64,000 nt of DNA from Candidatus Shapirobacteria bacterium (GCA_030698565.1 JAUYJS010000008.1:15098-79097), one strand, 5' to 3'; shown: positions 11,861 to 21,435, counted from the stretch's first letter. Notes: generated from the letters alone by a model not told the origin. Numbers and translations are program-made.

Positions 11861-11884
11861 CCCCGCTGCGGCGGGGTTTTTGTT
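11861..11884 (+). terminator. Rho-independent terminator after paralog 5
   Basis: ccccgctgcggcgggg followed by tttttgtttt. Confidence 0.7.
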
Positions 11885-11889
11885 TTAAT

Positions 11890-11988
11890 ACGTCATTGCG
11901 ATGAGGCTTTGCGACGTGGCAATCTCATTAATAATTTAGACTAACTCACTCCCAAATAAGATTGTCACGCTTCGCTCGCAATGACGTG
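11890..11988. repeat. About 100-nt intergenic imperfect palindrome (12-bp perfect terminal inverted repeat acgtcattgcga / tcgcaatgacgt)
   Basis: Inverted repeats at 11890-11901 and 11977-11988, with nested partial complementarity (gcgacgtggcaatc / gattgtcacgc). It lies between pilin paralogs 5 and 6 and is followed by a second cggggtttttgttt tract. Confidence 0.5.
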
Positions 11989-12011
11989 CTTAGTACGGGG
12001 TTTTTGTTTAT

Positions 12012-12019
12012 TGTATAAT
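12012..12019 (+). promoter_or_regulatory. Extended -10 TGTATAAT, 9 nt upstream of the ATG at 12028
   Basis: ttatTGTATAATcaacacatATG. Confidence 0.35.
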
Positions 12020-12027
12020 CAACACAT

Positions 12028-12444
12028 ATGTTCAAACTCTTTTCTTATTTTTTACCATTAATTATTTTTGTTTCACTGATCTTTCCTTCAATTAATCCAG
12101 TCTTTGCTCAAAAAGAATGGAAACAAATTAATTCCAAATGTATTAGCTCTGTTTCTGGCGCCGAAGACGTCGCCACTATCCAAGGCTTCGAATGTATTTT
12201 CTACAATATTCTTCAAGTCATAGTTTATATTGCCGGAATTGCTTTCCTTTTTATGTTTATTACTGGCGGTTATCAATATCTTTTTTCAGCCAATGACCCA
12301 AAAAAAACCGCCCAAGCCTCTTCCACTCTCACCATGGCTATTTTGGGAGTTATCGGTATAATTGCCTCTTGGTTTATCCTCCGACTAATCTCTAATTTTA
12401 CTGGTATTACCAATTTAACCAACTTCGTCATTCCTGGCCCATAA
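12028..12444 (+). CDS. VirB2/TrbC-like pilin candidate (paralog 6, with signal peptide)
   Basis: 138 aa with GGYQYLFSANDPKKTAQASSTLTMAILGVIGIIASWFILRLI. Confidence 0.45.
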   Translation: MFKLFSYFLPLIIFVSLIFPSINPVFAQKEWKQINSKCISSVSGAEDVATIQGFECIFYNILQVIVYIAGIAFLFMFITGGYQYLFSANDPKKTAQASSTLTMAILGVIGIIASWFILRLISNFTGITNLTNFVIPGP

Positions 12445-12476
12445 CCTGCCACTAATTTACCTAGTCGTTATATAAT

Positions 12477-12485
12477 CTGTATAAT
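12477..12485 (+). promoter_or_regulatory. Extended -10 cTGTATAAT, 6 nt upstream of the ATG at 12492 (leaderless candidate)
   Basis: tataatcTGTATAATttcactATG. Confidence 0.3.
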
Positions 12486-12491
12486 TTCACT

Positions 12492-13334
12492 ATGCGTTAT
12501 TATCGGATTATTCTTTCTATATCAATTTTTGTCTTGTTTGTATTTTTATTTTCTGTTCCAATCAAAACCCTAGCCATTGAAATTACTACCGATCTTCCAA
12601 CTCCTGAAGTCCAAACAACCCCAGTTTCCACAGGCTCTACCACTGTGCCCACAACCCCAGCTCCGACAAAAATAAGTGAATTTATGAGTATCTGGGGGTC
12701 ATTCATCAACTTTTTTAAGTCATTTACTAAGTCCTATGCCGTTCAACCAAACAATCCTCCATCTTTAACTAATTTTGGTGACATCAACAATTCCGAAAAC
12801 ACCTATGATTCTGTCACTCGATCTACTGATTATAGTGATCAACTTAGTCAAAAAAACCAATACATCAGTGATGTAATTAATGGCATATACGAAGACAAAA
12901 ATATGTCTTCGTGTCCCAGTGATTCCGATATTACTATCAAAAAAGTAGCTTTTTATTTAATTAAAGTCAAAAACACTTCTCTAAATGTCGAATCTCAAAA
13001 AGAAACAGATTTTTTAAATAGTCCCGAATTTATTAACTTTAGTATCGATCCTTCTTTATATTCTTGTTACGACCAAATTTACGATCAATTTCCTTCCATT
13101 CCTCAAGGTGGTGAAAATAACGCCGAAAACGCCGCTGGTAGTCAGCAATTAAATAATTCTTTGCGTAGAATTATGCCCGACCGAGAAGTTGGTACTGCAG
13201 TTGGAAACAATAATGATAAAAACAAATATACCAACCAAAATAATGAACTACAGAAAGATGCTGGTAAATTTATGTCTCCCGAAAATTTTACTGTAAAAGA
13301 TTTTACGAATTTACGTCCTGCCGGTTGGCAATAA
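12492..13334 (+). CDS. Secreted protein, Thr/Pro-rich N-terminal region, function unknown (T4SS-locus associated)
   Basis: 280 aa. Signal peptide MRYYRIILSISIFVLFVFLFSVPIKTLA. No recognizable catalytic motifs. Confidence 0.4.
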   Translation: MRYYRIILSISIFVLFVFLFSVPIKTLAIEITTDLPTPEVQTTPVSTGSTTVPTTPAPTKISEFMSIWGSFINFFKSFTKSYAVQPNNPPSLTNFGDINNSENTYDSVTRSTDYSDQLSQKNQYISDVINGIYEDKNMSSCPSDSDITIKKVAFYLIKVKNTSLNVESQKETDFLNSPEFINFSIDPSLYSCYDQIYDQFPSIPQGGENNAENAAGSQQLNNSLRRIMPDREVGTAVGNNNDKNKYTNQNNELQKDAGKFMSPENFTVKDFTNLRPAGWQ

Positions 13335-13394
13335 TGCAATTTAAACCAATAGATTGTTTTTTTAATTACTGCTAAAATTGTAAAAGTTATACAT

Positions 13395-14966
13395 ATGTTT
13401 ATCAAGCAATTTCTCCACCATCTCAACCACCGCGACACCAAGATTTTAACCAAACCAAAAATTCCTCGACTTTCAAAATTCTGTTTAGTTTTTTTAGTTT
13501 TAATTTCCAGTATATATTTAGTCAAAGTAATTAAAGCCCAAAATATAATCGAGCAAGTTCAAAAAGCTCAAACCAAAGGCAACAACGCCGAATCTTGGCA
13601 TTTGAATGCACTTGAAACTACTGCCACCACATTAGCTACATCTTTATCTGGTAAGTTAGAATTCAATCCAGACGGATCTTTTAAATCTAGTTATTTACCT
13701 GGCGGAGCTATCGGAATGACCACAAATTTTATTGCCACTCTTTACAACCCTCCTGCTTCCGGCATTGAATATATTGCCCAAGTAAAAAATCAATTTCTGG
13801 GCGGCAATCCAGTCTACGCCCAAGGAGCCGGTTTCGCTGGTTTACAACCGATTCTTCCACTTTGGCGAGGATTTAGAAATGTTGTTTACGTTCTTTCAGC
13901 TTTAGTATTTGTCATTATCGGCTTAATGATTATGTTTCGAGTTAAAGTCAGTCCTCAAGCAGTTATCAATATTCAAAATGCCATTCCTCAAATAATCATT
14001 ACTCTAATATTAGTTACTTTTTCTTACGCTATCGCTGGTTTATTAATAGATATATCCACATTTTTTCAAACCATGGTTATGGCCCTTCTTTTTCAAAGTT
14101 ATGGTCAAAACGGTTTACTTTATCACACAGGTGCAATAAATTATAATTTTTCTCAACTTGCAAATCCTGGCTTCTGGAACGTTTTCAGTTTAATGAATAA
14201 AGCAGCACCAGCCGGGTTTCTTCTTTTGATGTCCGAGGTAATTAGCTTATTGATGGGACTAATTATCGGTATTACTCCAGCGGCTATCGGTGGTCCAGCT
14301 GTCGGTTTAGTTACTGTCGGTATCGGATTAAAATTTGGCTTTTTAGGAGGAATAATTTTATTCTTAATTATTGGAATCATAATTTTTATTTGGATACTCA
14401 AGTTTTTCTTCGGACTTATTAAAGTTTATGTTAGTCTTATTATTCGAATAATTTTAGCTCCTCTAGAAATTGGCATGGGAGCTTTTCCCAATTCAAAAAT
14501 TGGATTTTCTAGCTGGTTAATTAGTGTCTTGGCCGATCTTTCTGTCTTTCCTATCTCGATACTTTTTTTAGTATTTGCTAATATTCTTATTGAAACTTCG
14601 TCTCAAGGTTTATGGCGCCCCAGCCTTCTTGCTTTCACCGCACCTTTTGACTTAATTGGTATAGCTATAGGTTTAGCTACCCTCATGATGTTATCTCAAT
14701 TACCTGAATTAATTCCTCAGTTTGTTTTCCAGCTTAAACCATCACCTCTTGGTAATGCCGTTGGCGAAAGCTGGAAAAATATGCCATTTAGAGGATTAGC
14801 CTCCACTATTGGTGGTGAAGTCGGATACGCAACTGGCGGAGCCATAACTGAAGCAATTGGTAACAGATTAGAAAGAAGAGCCGGAGAAACAATTGACCGA
14901 CCAGCTAAAAAAAGACCACCTCTGGCCAATGAAAAAAGAAGACCTAGACGGCTTTTTGGATGGTAG
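13395..14966 (+). CDS. Polytopic membrane protein, VirB6/TrbL-like candidate
   Basis: 523 aa. Signal/TM, then a ~130-aa extracytoplasmic domain, then 6 or more TM helices, then a basic C-terminal tail (KKRPPLANEKRRPRRLFGW). It follows the pilin array directly. Confidence 0.4.
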   Translation: MFIKQFLHHLNHRDTKILTKPKIPRLSKFCLVFLVLISSIYLVKVIKAQNIIEQVQKAQTKGNNAESWHLNALETTATTLATSLSGKLEFNPDGSFKSSYLPGGAIGMTTNFIATLYNPPASGIEYIAQVKNQFLGGNPVYAQGAGFAGLQPILPLWRGFRNVVYVLSALVFVIIGLMIMFRVKVSPQAVINIQNAIPQIIITLILVTFSYAIAGLLIDISTFFQTMVMALLFQSYGQNGLLYHTGAINYNFSQLANPGFWNVFSLMNKAAPAGFLLLMSEVISLLMGLIIGITPAAIGGPAVGLVTVGIGLKFGFLGGIILFLIIGIIIFIWILKFFFGLIKVYVSLIIRIILAPLEIGMGAFPNSKIGFSSWLISVLADLSVFPISILFLVFANILIETSSQGLWRPSLLAFTAPFDLIGIAIGLATLMMLSQLPELIPQFVFQLKPSPLGNAVGESWKNMPFRGLASTIGGEVGYATGGAITEAIGNRLERRAGETIDRPAKKRPPLANEKRRPRRLFGW

Positions 14967-15000
14967 CACCCAAGTGATAATCTAATCTTTAATATAGAAA

Positions 15001-17280
15001 TTATCTTCGTCTACTAAACATTCTTTTAACAAAAGATCCTGAATCTTTGTAAACAAAATACTCTCCCAAATTCAAGCTCTCCACTATCCAATTCCACTGT
15101 TCTTCAGTCATAAAATGATCAGCGCTCGGTCCTAAAATCTTTTTTAAATGCCTATATTCCGGCTCATCATATTCATCCAAATTTATCTTATATTTAGTTG
15201 CTAAATATCGTACATTTTTAAAATCATCTTTAATCCACTCAGTCCTCATATCATTATTACTGGATTGTAAGACTCCTGCTAACCAATCAACAAAAAACGA
15301 CTGATTTTCCAGCTCATTACCTTCAACTGTGCATTTCATAAAAGCATCATACGTTCCTTCAAATAAAGGCACTCTCATATCGCCCGGTTTAACGGCATCT
15401 TTAGATTGTAATCCCACCTTAGCCTTCTTTACCTTTTGATTAACAATAGCTGTAAAATACGCCCAGAAATCTTTCTTCCCTTCTAGATTAGATAAACCTT
15501 TTAATATATCCTCGGTTTTAATCATTTTATCCGGATCTTTTTCTTTACAAAAATATCTAATCCAACCAGGAGTCAAAGACTTAATCAAATGTCGGGTTAC
15601 CTTCGGTCCAGACCCTGGTTTACCTTTACGTGACTCATCCTCTCGGAATTTACCAAAATGAATCATTTCCGAAAAATCATCTCCATCAATAAATTGGGCA
15701 TTAAAAACCGATTTTTCCGAGGAAGCAACTATAAATTTTTCGGCGATTTGCATTGCTTTTCTCGCCTTTGTATCACTACCTAACTGAGCTATCATGTATT
15801 CCCTAACCTGAGTCTGAGAAGAACTTCTCGCCCCTAATTCTTCATGTTCATCATATGTAAAACCCCAATATTTTTTCCCATAAAAAGGATCTTCAGTTGC
15901 TGGTTTGGCTCTTTTTTGTTCAATGATTTTCGGATCAACTCCGGCCTTAGCCATCATCTCCAGATAATTAAAATTAGCTTCTTCTACTAAATCCCACGAT
16001 CTTCCCAAATCAACACCCTGACCATTAAATAGACGATCCCCATCTACTTTCCAATCCTTAAACAAAAAGTACATCATATCTCTAGTAATAAATCTTTTTC
16101 TTCTACCAATATCACCAATGGCCTGCACTACTCCGCCACCTTTTTCTCCATAACCGCCACTAGCCATATCCATAAAATATTCAGTGTCATGGACCGCCAA
16201 TCTGGTTCTGATCATTCTATCAATAAACTTATACTGTTCCTTTTCTTTTTCAGTTTTACCCCTACCCTTAATCTCGTCTAATATGGCATTCAAATAGTTA
16301 GTTGATTCTCCGGAAATTTGTAAGTCGTTACTTTCGTATCCCGACCCTTCAATGAAATCCAAAACATCATCAGTAAACCTAAATAATATTTCTGGATTGT
16401 CATAGGGTATCTCTTTAGACCTACTCCCAATAATATCCCGAAAAAGTTTAAGTTTATCTGGTAACGCCTTTTCATTTTCAGCAACCCTTTTATCCCTTTT
16501 TGCCTTTGCTTGTCGCTGTCCTTCGGTCATTTCAATTTCTGGAGTTTCTTCATTATCATTTACATCCTCTTTATCAGGTTTAATTCTAGTAGGCACACTA
16601 GTAACTGGCTTCTTTTCTTCCGATCTTTCTCTTTCTTGAGCCAAATAAGCCATTAATGTCTTCCATTCTAATTCATAAGGTGTTTCTCTCAACCTTCGAT
16701 TTAATTGAGATGTTTCTTGTAAAAGCTGAACCGTCCTTTCGTTATAAGATTTTCTACCACTAGACATATTTAAATCAAAAATTTCTCTTAAATCTCTCAT
16801 CTCTTGAGCAATTGGAACTAATTGCTCACAAGAAATCATTCTTTTTTGAACACGTCCTTCTAATCCCTTTAATGCATCGGGTAGATGTCGATCAAGCCCA
16901 CCCAAAACAGAATCATCTTGGACATCAGCAATTCCTGATTCTATAACCGCTAAAGCCGCAGCATCTGCCAATTTATTCAAATCAGCTTCATCAATTTTTT
17001 CCCTACCCTCTGCTCTATTAGCGTTTTTTAATGAATTGTTGTAGCCCTCTACAGTATTCTCTCCATGACCCAGTCCTCCTATTATCCTTTGTACATTTGT
17101 TTCTCGATCTGGTACATTTGAGTCAAAAATATTAGCGGCTAAAAACTGATCTTTTATTTGCTGAACTTGCCTTTCTTTCATTAACATCACTTCCACATCG
17201 TGTACATCTTTATGTACAATTACAGCTTCATAAGACGAACTTTTCTCACTCATATCCCAAATTATATCATTTCTAATCAA
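15001..17280 (-). CDS. Large hypothetical soluble protein (759 aa)
   Basis: Long intact ORF with charged coiled-coil-like central region. I recognise no conserved catalytic motif. Confidence 0.5.
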   Translation of the reverse strand: MIRNDIIWDMSEKSSSYEAVIVHKDVHDVEVMLMKERQVQQIKDQFLAANIFDSNVPDRETNVQRIIGGLGHGENTVEGYNNSLKNANRAEGREKIDEADLNKLADAAALAVIESGIADVQDDSVLGGLDRHLPDALKGLEGRVQKRMISCEQLVPIAQEMRDLREIFDLNMSSGRKSYNERTVQLLQETSQLNRRLRETPYELEWKTLMAYLAQERERSEEKKPVTSVPTRIKPDKEDVNDNEETPEIEMTEGQRQAKAKRDKRVAENEKALPDKLKLFRDIIGSRSKEIPYDNPEILFRFTDDVLDFIEGSGYESNDLQISGESTNYLNAILDEIKGRGKTEKEKEQYKFIDRMIRTRLAVHDTEYFMDMASGGYGEKGGGVVQAIGDIGRRKRFITRDMMYFLFKDWKVDGDRLFNGQGVDLGRSWDLVEEANFNYLEMMAKAGVDPKIIEQKRAKPATEDPFYGKKYWGFTYDEHEELGARSSSQTQVREYMIAQLGSDTKARKAMQIAEKFIVASSEKSVFNAQFIDGDDFSEMIHFGKFREDESRKGKPGSGPKVTRHLIKSLTPGWIRYFCKEKDPDKMIKTEDILKGLSNLEGKKDFWAYFTAIVNQKVKKAKVGLQSKDAVKPGDMRVPLFEGTYDAFMKCTVEGNELENQSFFVDWLAGVLQSSNNDMRTEWIKDDFKNVRYLATKYKINLDEYDEPEYRHLKKILGPSADHFMTEEQWNWIVESLNLGEYFVYKDSGSFVKRMFSRRR

Positions 17281-17319
17281 AACTCAACCATTCCCAATAT
17301 TTTCCTTATAATTAAAAAC

Positions 17320-19005
17320 ATGGAGACAAAAATTCTCACTCCCGCTACCGTAAACGACATTGATTTTCATGTTCGTACCTATCGTACCGCTCTCAAAAGT
17401 AATTTAGAAGTGACTATTAACTCGCTGGTCAATTCTCATCTCAAAATGGAATCGATTCTTCATCCTCTAGGTAGCAATTCCAAAAAAGTAGATCTATCAG
17501 CCTTAATTTATTCACTTTTACGCTTACCCCACCAAACCGATCAAGCTCTCAAAATTATCGTCGGCCAAAATTTAGATATTTTTACTCAATCTGGCTATAC
17601 CAATGTTGACCAGTGGCCCGAAACCAAGGCCTTTTCCCGTCGCCGTAGCTGTTTTTATCAATCGTCTAAACACATCTTAGCTTGCTTTACCGCATCTATT
17701 TCTGACATTGATGATTTAGTAAATCTCTTAATCGCTTTTCAAACCGAATGGAACAAGTTTCATTTAATTCTCAAAAGTAAATATAAAAATCCCCTTGATT
17801 TTCAAAACTCTTTAAAAACCAATAAATTAAGTCAAGAATTAGATATATCAGAAAACGATTGGAACCGACTTATAACCGCTTTTGGACCTCAGTATAAGCT
17901 CCGCCTTAAAAGAGTTTTTCAGCAGTCACTAAATTTAAGGATTCAACTTTTAGCTGCTTCCTGGGTCAACTACACTAAAACTACCCAAAAATGGTGGAAA
18001 CATATTGCTATCCACGTTTCCGATCATTTTCACATTTCCCGCCAGCAAATATATTTCGTCTCCAGCAACACTCACAGTCTAATGAATTTATTTACCGGTT
18101 TCGCCCTCAAAAACCAAAATAAAATCTTATCTTTAATAAAAACCGACCGCCCTGATTTATATGCTGTCTGGGAACAAATCCAAAGTAAAGAAAGTTTATT
18201 GCAATCTAATGATTTCCTTTATTTTGTGTTTAAATTTTATTCTGATAATTTATTAAAAACTGAATTCTTAGAATATCAGCAAAAACTAGGCATCATCAGT
18301 ATTCCAAATTCTCATTTTTTAGATGTCGATGTCCAAATTTTCCCCGTCAAAAACTTAATTCATTCAGCCGATTCCCGACTCAAAATTTCTAAACCCAAAA
18401 CCTTAGTTAAATCAGAAGCTTTAATCTTTAATGTTGATTACCCATTAGGTTTCTCCGCCTATCATGTTTTAACCGAAATTCTAGAGAATGTCCAAAAAGT
18501 AAAAGGTGTTTACATCTTGAGCAAGGCCGCCGTCTTAAATAGTCAAATCGGTGATATCCAAGCACCTCGATTAGTTTTTGATGAACATACCCAAAATTCT
18601 TATATTTTTAAAAACTGTTTTAACTCTTTTTTTCCTTTTGTTAACAACCAAGGATCCATTTTAACCAATCAAAAAGCTGTTTCGGTTTTAGGTACATTTT
18701 TAGAAAACGAAGCCCTACTTAAAAATTATTTCGAAAACAATATTACGATTATTGAAATGGAATCCGGTCCTTATCTAAATGCTATTACCGAGGCTAGCTA
18801 TGACCAACAAACTCCAAAGAACACCATTATTGATTTAAACAACACCCCTTTCGATCTGGGTATTATTAACTACACTTCCGACACACCCTATTCCCAAGCT
18901 CAAAATCTAGGATCAGGTAGTTTGTCTTTAAATGGCATCGAACCGGTAAATCTTGGCTCCCTTGCTATTTTGCAACGAATAATTAATCTCGAAGAATCCA
19001 TTTAA
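17320..19005 (+). CDS. Hypothetical protein with C-terminal nucleoside phosphorylase-like (PNP/UDP/MTAN-family) domain
   Basis: Start re-assigned to ATG 17320 (METKILTP...). The track start at 17200 would overlap the divergent gene. The C-terminus (LIFNVDYPLGFSAYHV...KGVYILSKAAV...TIIEMESGPYLNAI) resembles the PNP_UDP_1 fold with an EMES-type motif. Confidence 0.4.
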   Translation: METKILTPATVNDIDFHVRTYRTALKSNLEVTINSLVNSHLKMESILHPLGSNSKKVDLSALIYSLLRLPHQTDQALKIIVGQNLDIFTQSGYTNVDQWPETKAFSRRRSCFYQSSKHILACFTASISDIDDLVNLLIAFQTEWNKFHLILKSKYKNPLDFQNSLKTNKLSQELDISENDWNRLITAFGPQYKLRLKRVFQQSLNLRIQLLAASWVNYTKTTQKWWKHIAIHVSDHFHISRQQIYFVSSNTHSLMNLFTGFALKNQNKILSLIKTDRPDLYAVWEQIQSKESLLQSNDFLYFVFKFYSDNLLKTEFLEYQQKLGIISIPNSHFLDVDVQIFPVKNLIHSADSRLKISKPKTLVKSEALIFNVDYPLGFSAYHVLTEILENVQKVKGVYILSKAAVLNSQIGDIQAPRLVFDEHTQNSYIFKNCFNSFFPFVNNQGSILTNQKAVSVLGTFLENEALLKNYFENNITIIEMESGPYLNAITEASYDQQTPKNTIIDLNNTPFDLGIINYTSDTPYSQAQNLGSGSLSLNGIEPVNLGSLAILQRIINLEESI

Positions 19006-19016
19006 TACCAAAACGT

Positions 19017-19038
19017 AGGGGCGAATCACGATTCGCCC
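19017..19038. terminator. Bidirectional terminator-like palindrome ggggcgaatcacgattcgccc (family copy 3) between convergent genes
   Basis: 9-bp arms gggcgaatc/gattcgccc followed by aatttt. Located between the stop of 17320-19005 (+) and the stop of ftsH (-). Confidence 0.55.
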
Positions 19039-19047
19039 AATTTTAAA

Positions 19048-21009
19048 TTAAACAGATGGGTTTTCCACCATCAATGCCTCAAATTCCATCTGGCCCAAAC
19101 TTTCTTTTTCAACTAAAACCTTGGCAATTCTGTCTAAATTTTCTCTATTATCCAGCAATACTTTCTGAGCCCTCTCAAAAGCCTTGTTAATAAATTTTTT
19201 AATTTCAGTATCAACTTTAGACATCATTCGGTCAGAAATTTTTGCTGGTTCCATATAAGTCTTACCCCAATTCCCCACATCAATTTGCGGTCCCAAATTT
19301 ACCGGGCCTAAAGCACTCATACCCCATTCAACTACCATATCTCGGGCAATCCGCGTCGCATGGGAAATATCAGACGAAGCTCCAGTAGTAATATCACCAA
19401 AAACTAATTCTTCAGCCGCCCGACCACCCATCGCCATAGCCATTAACTTAATTAATCGTGATTTAGTTTCATGCACTCTATCCTTTTTGGGTGGAATCAA
19501 AGTAAACCCAAGTGCCATACCTCGAGATACAATTGAAATTCTTTGGACTGGATCTAATTCTTCCACGTAATTGACAATAGCATGACCAGCTTCATGATAA
19601 GCCGTCATTAGTCTGTCTTCATCGGTTTGAGACCGTCTTTTTTCCGCACCCATTTTTACTCTCAAAGCTGCCTCTTCTACATCAGCGAAATTTATTTTAT
19701 CTTTATTGTTTCTAGCTGCCGCAATAGCTGATTCATTTAGCATATTTTCCAGATCAGCACCCGAAAAACCAACGGTTCTTCTAGCCACCGCATCCCAGTC
19801 CACATCTTTATCAAAAGGCTTACCTCGAGCATGAATTGCTAAAATTTCTTTTCTAGATTCAATATCCGGTAACTCCAAAACTACCCTTCTGTCAAACCGA
19901 CCCGGACGAAGTAAAGCCGGATCCAACAAATCGCCTCTGTTAGTCGCCGCTAATACTACAACCGCAGTATTAGCTTCAAATCCGTCCATTTCTACCAATA
20001 TTTGATTTAATGTTTGTTCTCTTTCTGAGTGTCCTCCCTCCAAACCACCCCTCATCCTACCGATAGCGTCAATTTCGTCAATAAAAATAATCGCCTTACC
20101 AGCCTTTTTAGCCGTAGAAAACAAATCTCTTACTCTAGACGCTCCAATACCGACCAACATTTCCATGAATTCTGATCCGGCCATAGCATAAAAAGGCACA
20201 TTAGCCTCGCCGGCCACCGCTTTAGCCAAAAGGGTTTTACCCACCCCACTCGGACCGACCAACAATACACCCTTCGGTGCTCTTGCTCCCATTTTTCGGT
20301 ATTTCTCTGGATGTTTCAAAAAATCAACCACTTCCACTAAATCATTTTTAGCCTCTTCAACTCCAGCTACATCCTTAAATGACATATTCTGTTTTCCCTT
20401 AATAAACAATTTAGCCGTCGATTTCCCAAACCCAAAAATACTTCCAGCACCACCAGTTTGACGACCAAAAATCCAAAATATAAACAAAATAGGCAACCCT
20501 ACAGTCAAAAGTAAACTCAAAACTTCACCAAAAGTTTTCCAACCTTGCCTATTTTCTACCTGGAAACTAACTTTCGACATATCAATTCCTTCCCTTTGCA
20601 AAATTTCCGCCATTGAAGTTGTTGGTTCCTTTGAAGAGACCAGAACTTTATCGTCTTTCAAAGTCACCACCACCTCATTATCCGACACAGTAATACTCTT
20701 TTGCTCATCTTTTTTTATAGACTCAATTACATTAGACAAAGATACTCGACTTATTTCCTGTGGTAAAAATAACTGTCTCAAGGTTGAAATAACCCAAAAA
20801 ACCAAAACAGTATATAAAATAAATTTAATTATTGATTGCGGCGTAATCTCGATTCTTTTGATTTTTACGCCAGGTGGTAATTTATCTCTAATCTCCTTTG
20901 GTATATCCAAATTATTTTTTTTAGCCGACGGCCACAACTTTTTTAGCTTGTCTAAAAATATATTACTCAATTTCATCTTACGATTATACCATCCCAGCTT
21001 TGTATTCAA
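19048..21009 (-). CDS. ftsH: ATP-dependent zinc metalloprotease FtsH
   Basis: 653 aa. N-terminal TM, AAA Walker A (GPSGVGKTLLAKA), Walker B (IIFIDEIDA), SRH, and HEAGHAIV zinc motif. Confidence 0.95.
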   Translation of the reverse strand: MNTKLGWYNRKMKLSNIFLDKLKKLWPSAKKNNLDIPKEIRDKLPPGVKIKRIEITPQSIIKFILYTVLVFWVISTLRQLFLPQEISRVSLSNVIESIKKDEQKSITVSDNEVVVTLKDDKVLVSSKEPTTSMAEILQREGIDMSKVSFQVENRQGWKTFGEVLSLLLTVGLPILFIFWIFGRQTGGAGSIFGFGKSTAKLFIKGKQNMSFKDVAGVEEAKNDLVEVVDFLKHPEKYRKMGARAPKGVLLVGPSGVGKTLLAKAVAGEANVPFYAMAGSEFMEMLVGIGASRVRDLFSTAKKAGKAIIFIDEIDAIGRMRGGLEGGHSEREQTLNQILVEMDGFEANTAVVVLAATNRGDLLDPALLRPGRFDRRVVLELPDIESRKEILAIHARGKPFDKDVDWDAVARRTVGFSGADLENMLNESAIAAARNNKDKINFADVEEAALRVKMGAEKRRSQTDEDRLMTAYHEAGHAIVNYVEELDPVQRISIVSRGMALGFTLIPPKKDRVHETKSRLIKLMAMAMGGRAAEELVFGDITTGASSDISHATRIARDMVVEWGMSALGPVNLGPQIDVGNWGKTYMEPAKISDRMMSKVDTEIKKFINKAFERAQKVLLDNRENLDRIAKVLVEKESLGQMEFEALMVENPSV

Positions 21010-21141
21010 GTTTACTTATAACCTCTTTTCCCCGCACATAAACCGTTTTTATTCCGCAACGGTAAAATACAATATACAAAAATATTTTAACGTTGCAGGA
21101 ACGTTTAAATTACATCGTAATTTATTACGTTCCGCATGCTT

Positions 21142-21429
21142 TTAATTTTTATTTAACTCCAACAGTAGTTCCCTATCATCCTTAATACCTTCTCTCACCC
21201 AAAACCGATGACTGCACTGCATGCACTTATACCAAATCCTAAATTTACCCTTTTCAAAACTAGTTCTAATCGGTTCCATTAAGCCTTTACAATCACTCAC
21301 CCTATCCCCTGGTGTTTCATAATCTACATGCTTTCCCCACAAACAATTAGGGCAATGATCAGTATACCCATCACCGATTATCTTAGCTCCACATTTTTCA
21401 CAAACAAAATTTTCAATTACTCTTTTCAT
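21142..21429 (-). CDS. Small zinc-ribbon protein, RNHCP-domain-like
   Basis: 95 aa with paired CxxC motifs: CEKCG...TDHCPNCLWGKH...CMQCSH. Confidence 0.4.
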   Translation of the reverse strand: MKRVIENFVCEKCGAKIIGDGYTDHCPNCLWGKHVDYETPGDRVSDCKGLMEPIRTSFEKGKFRIWYKCMQCSHRFWVREGIKDDRELLLELNKN

Positions 21430-21435
21430 GATTAT

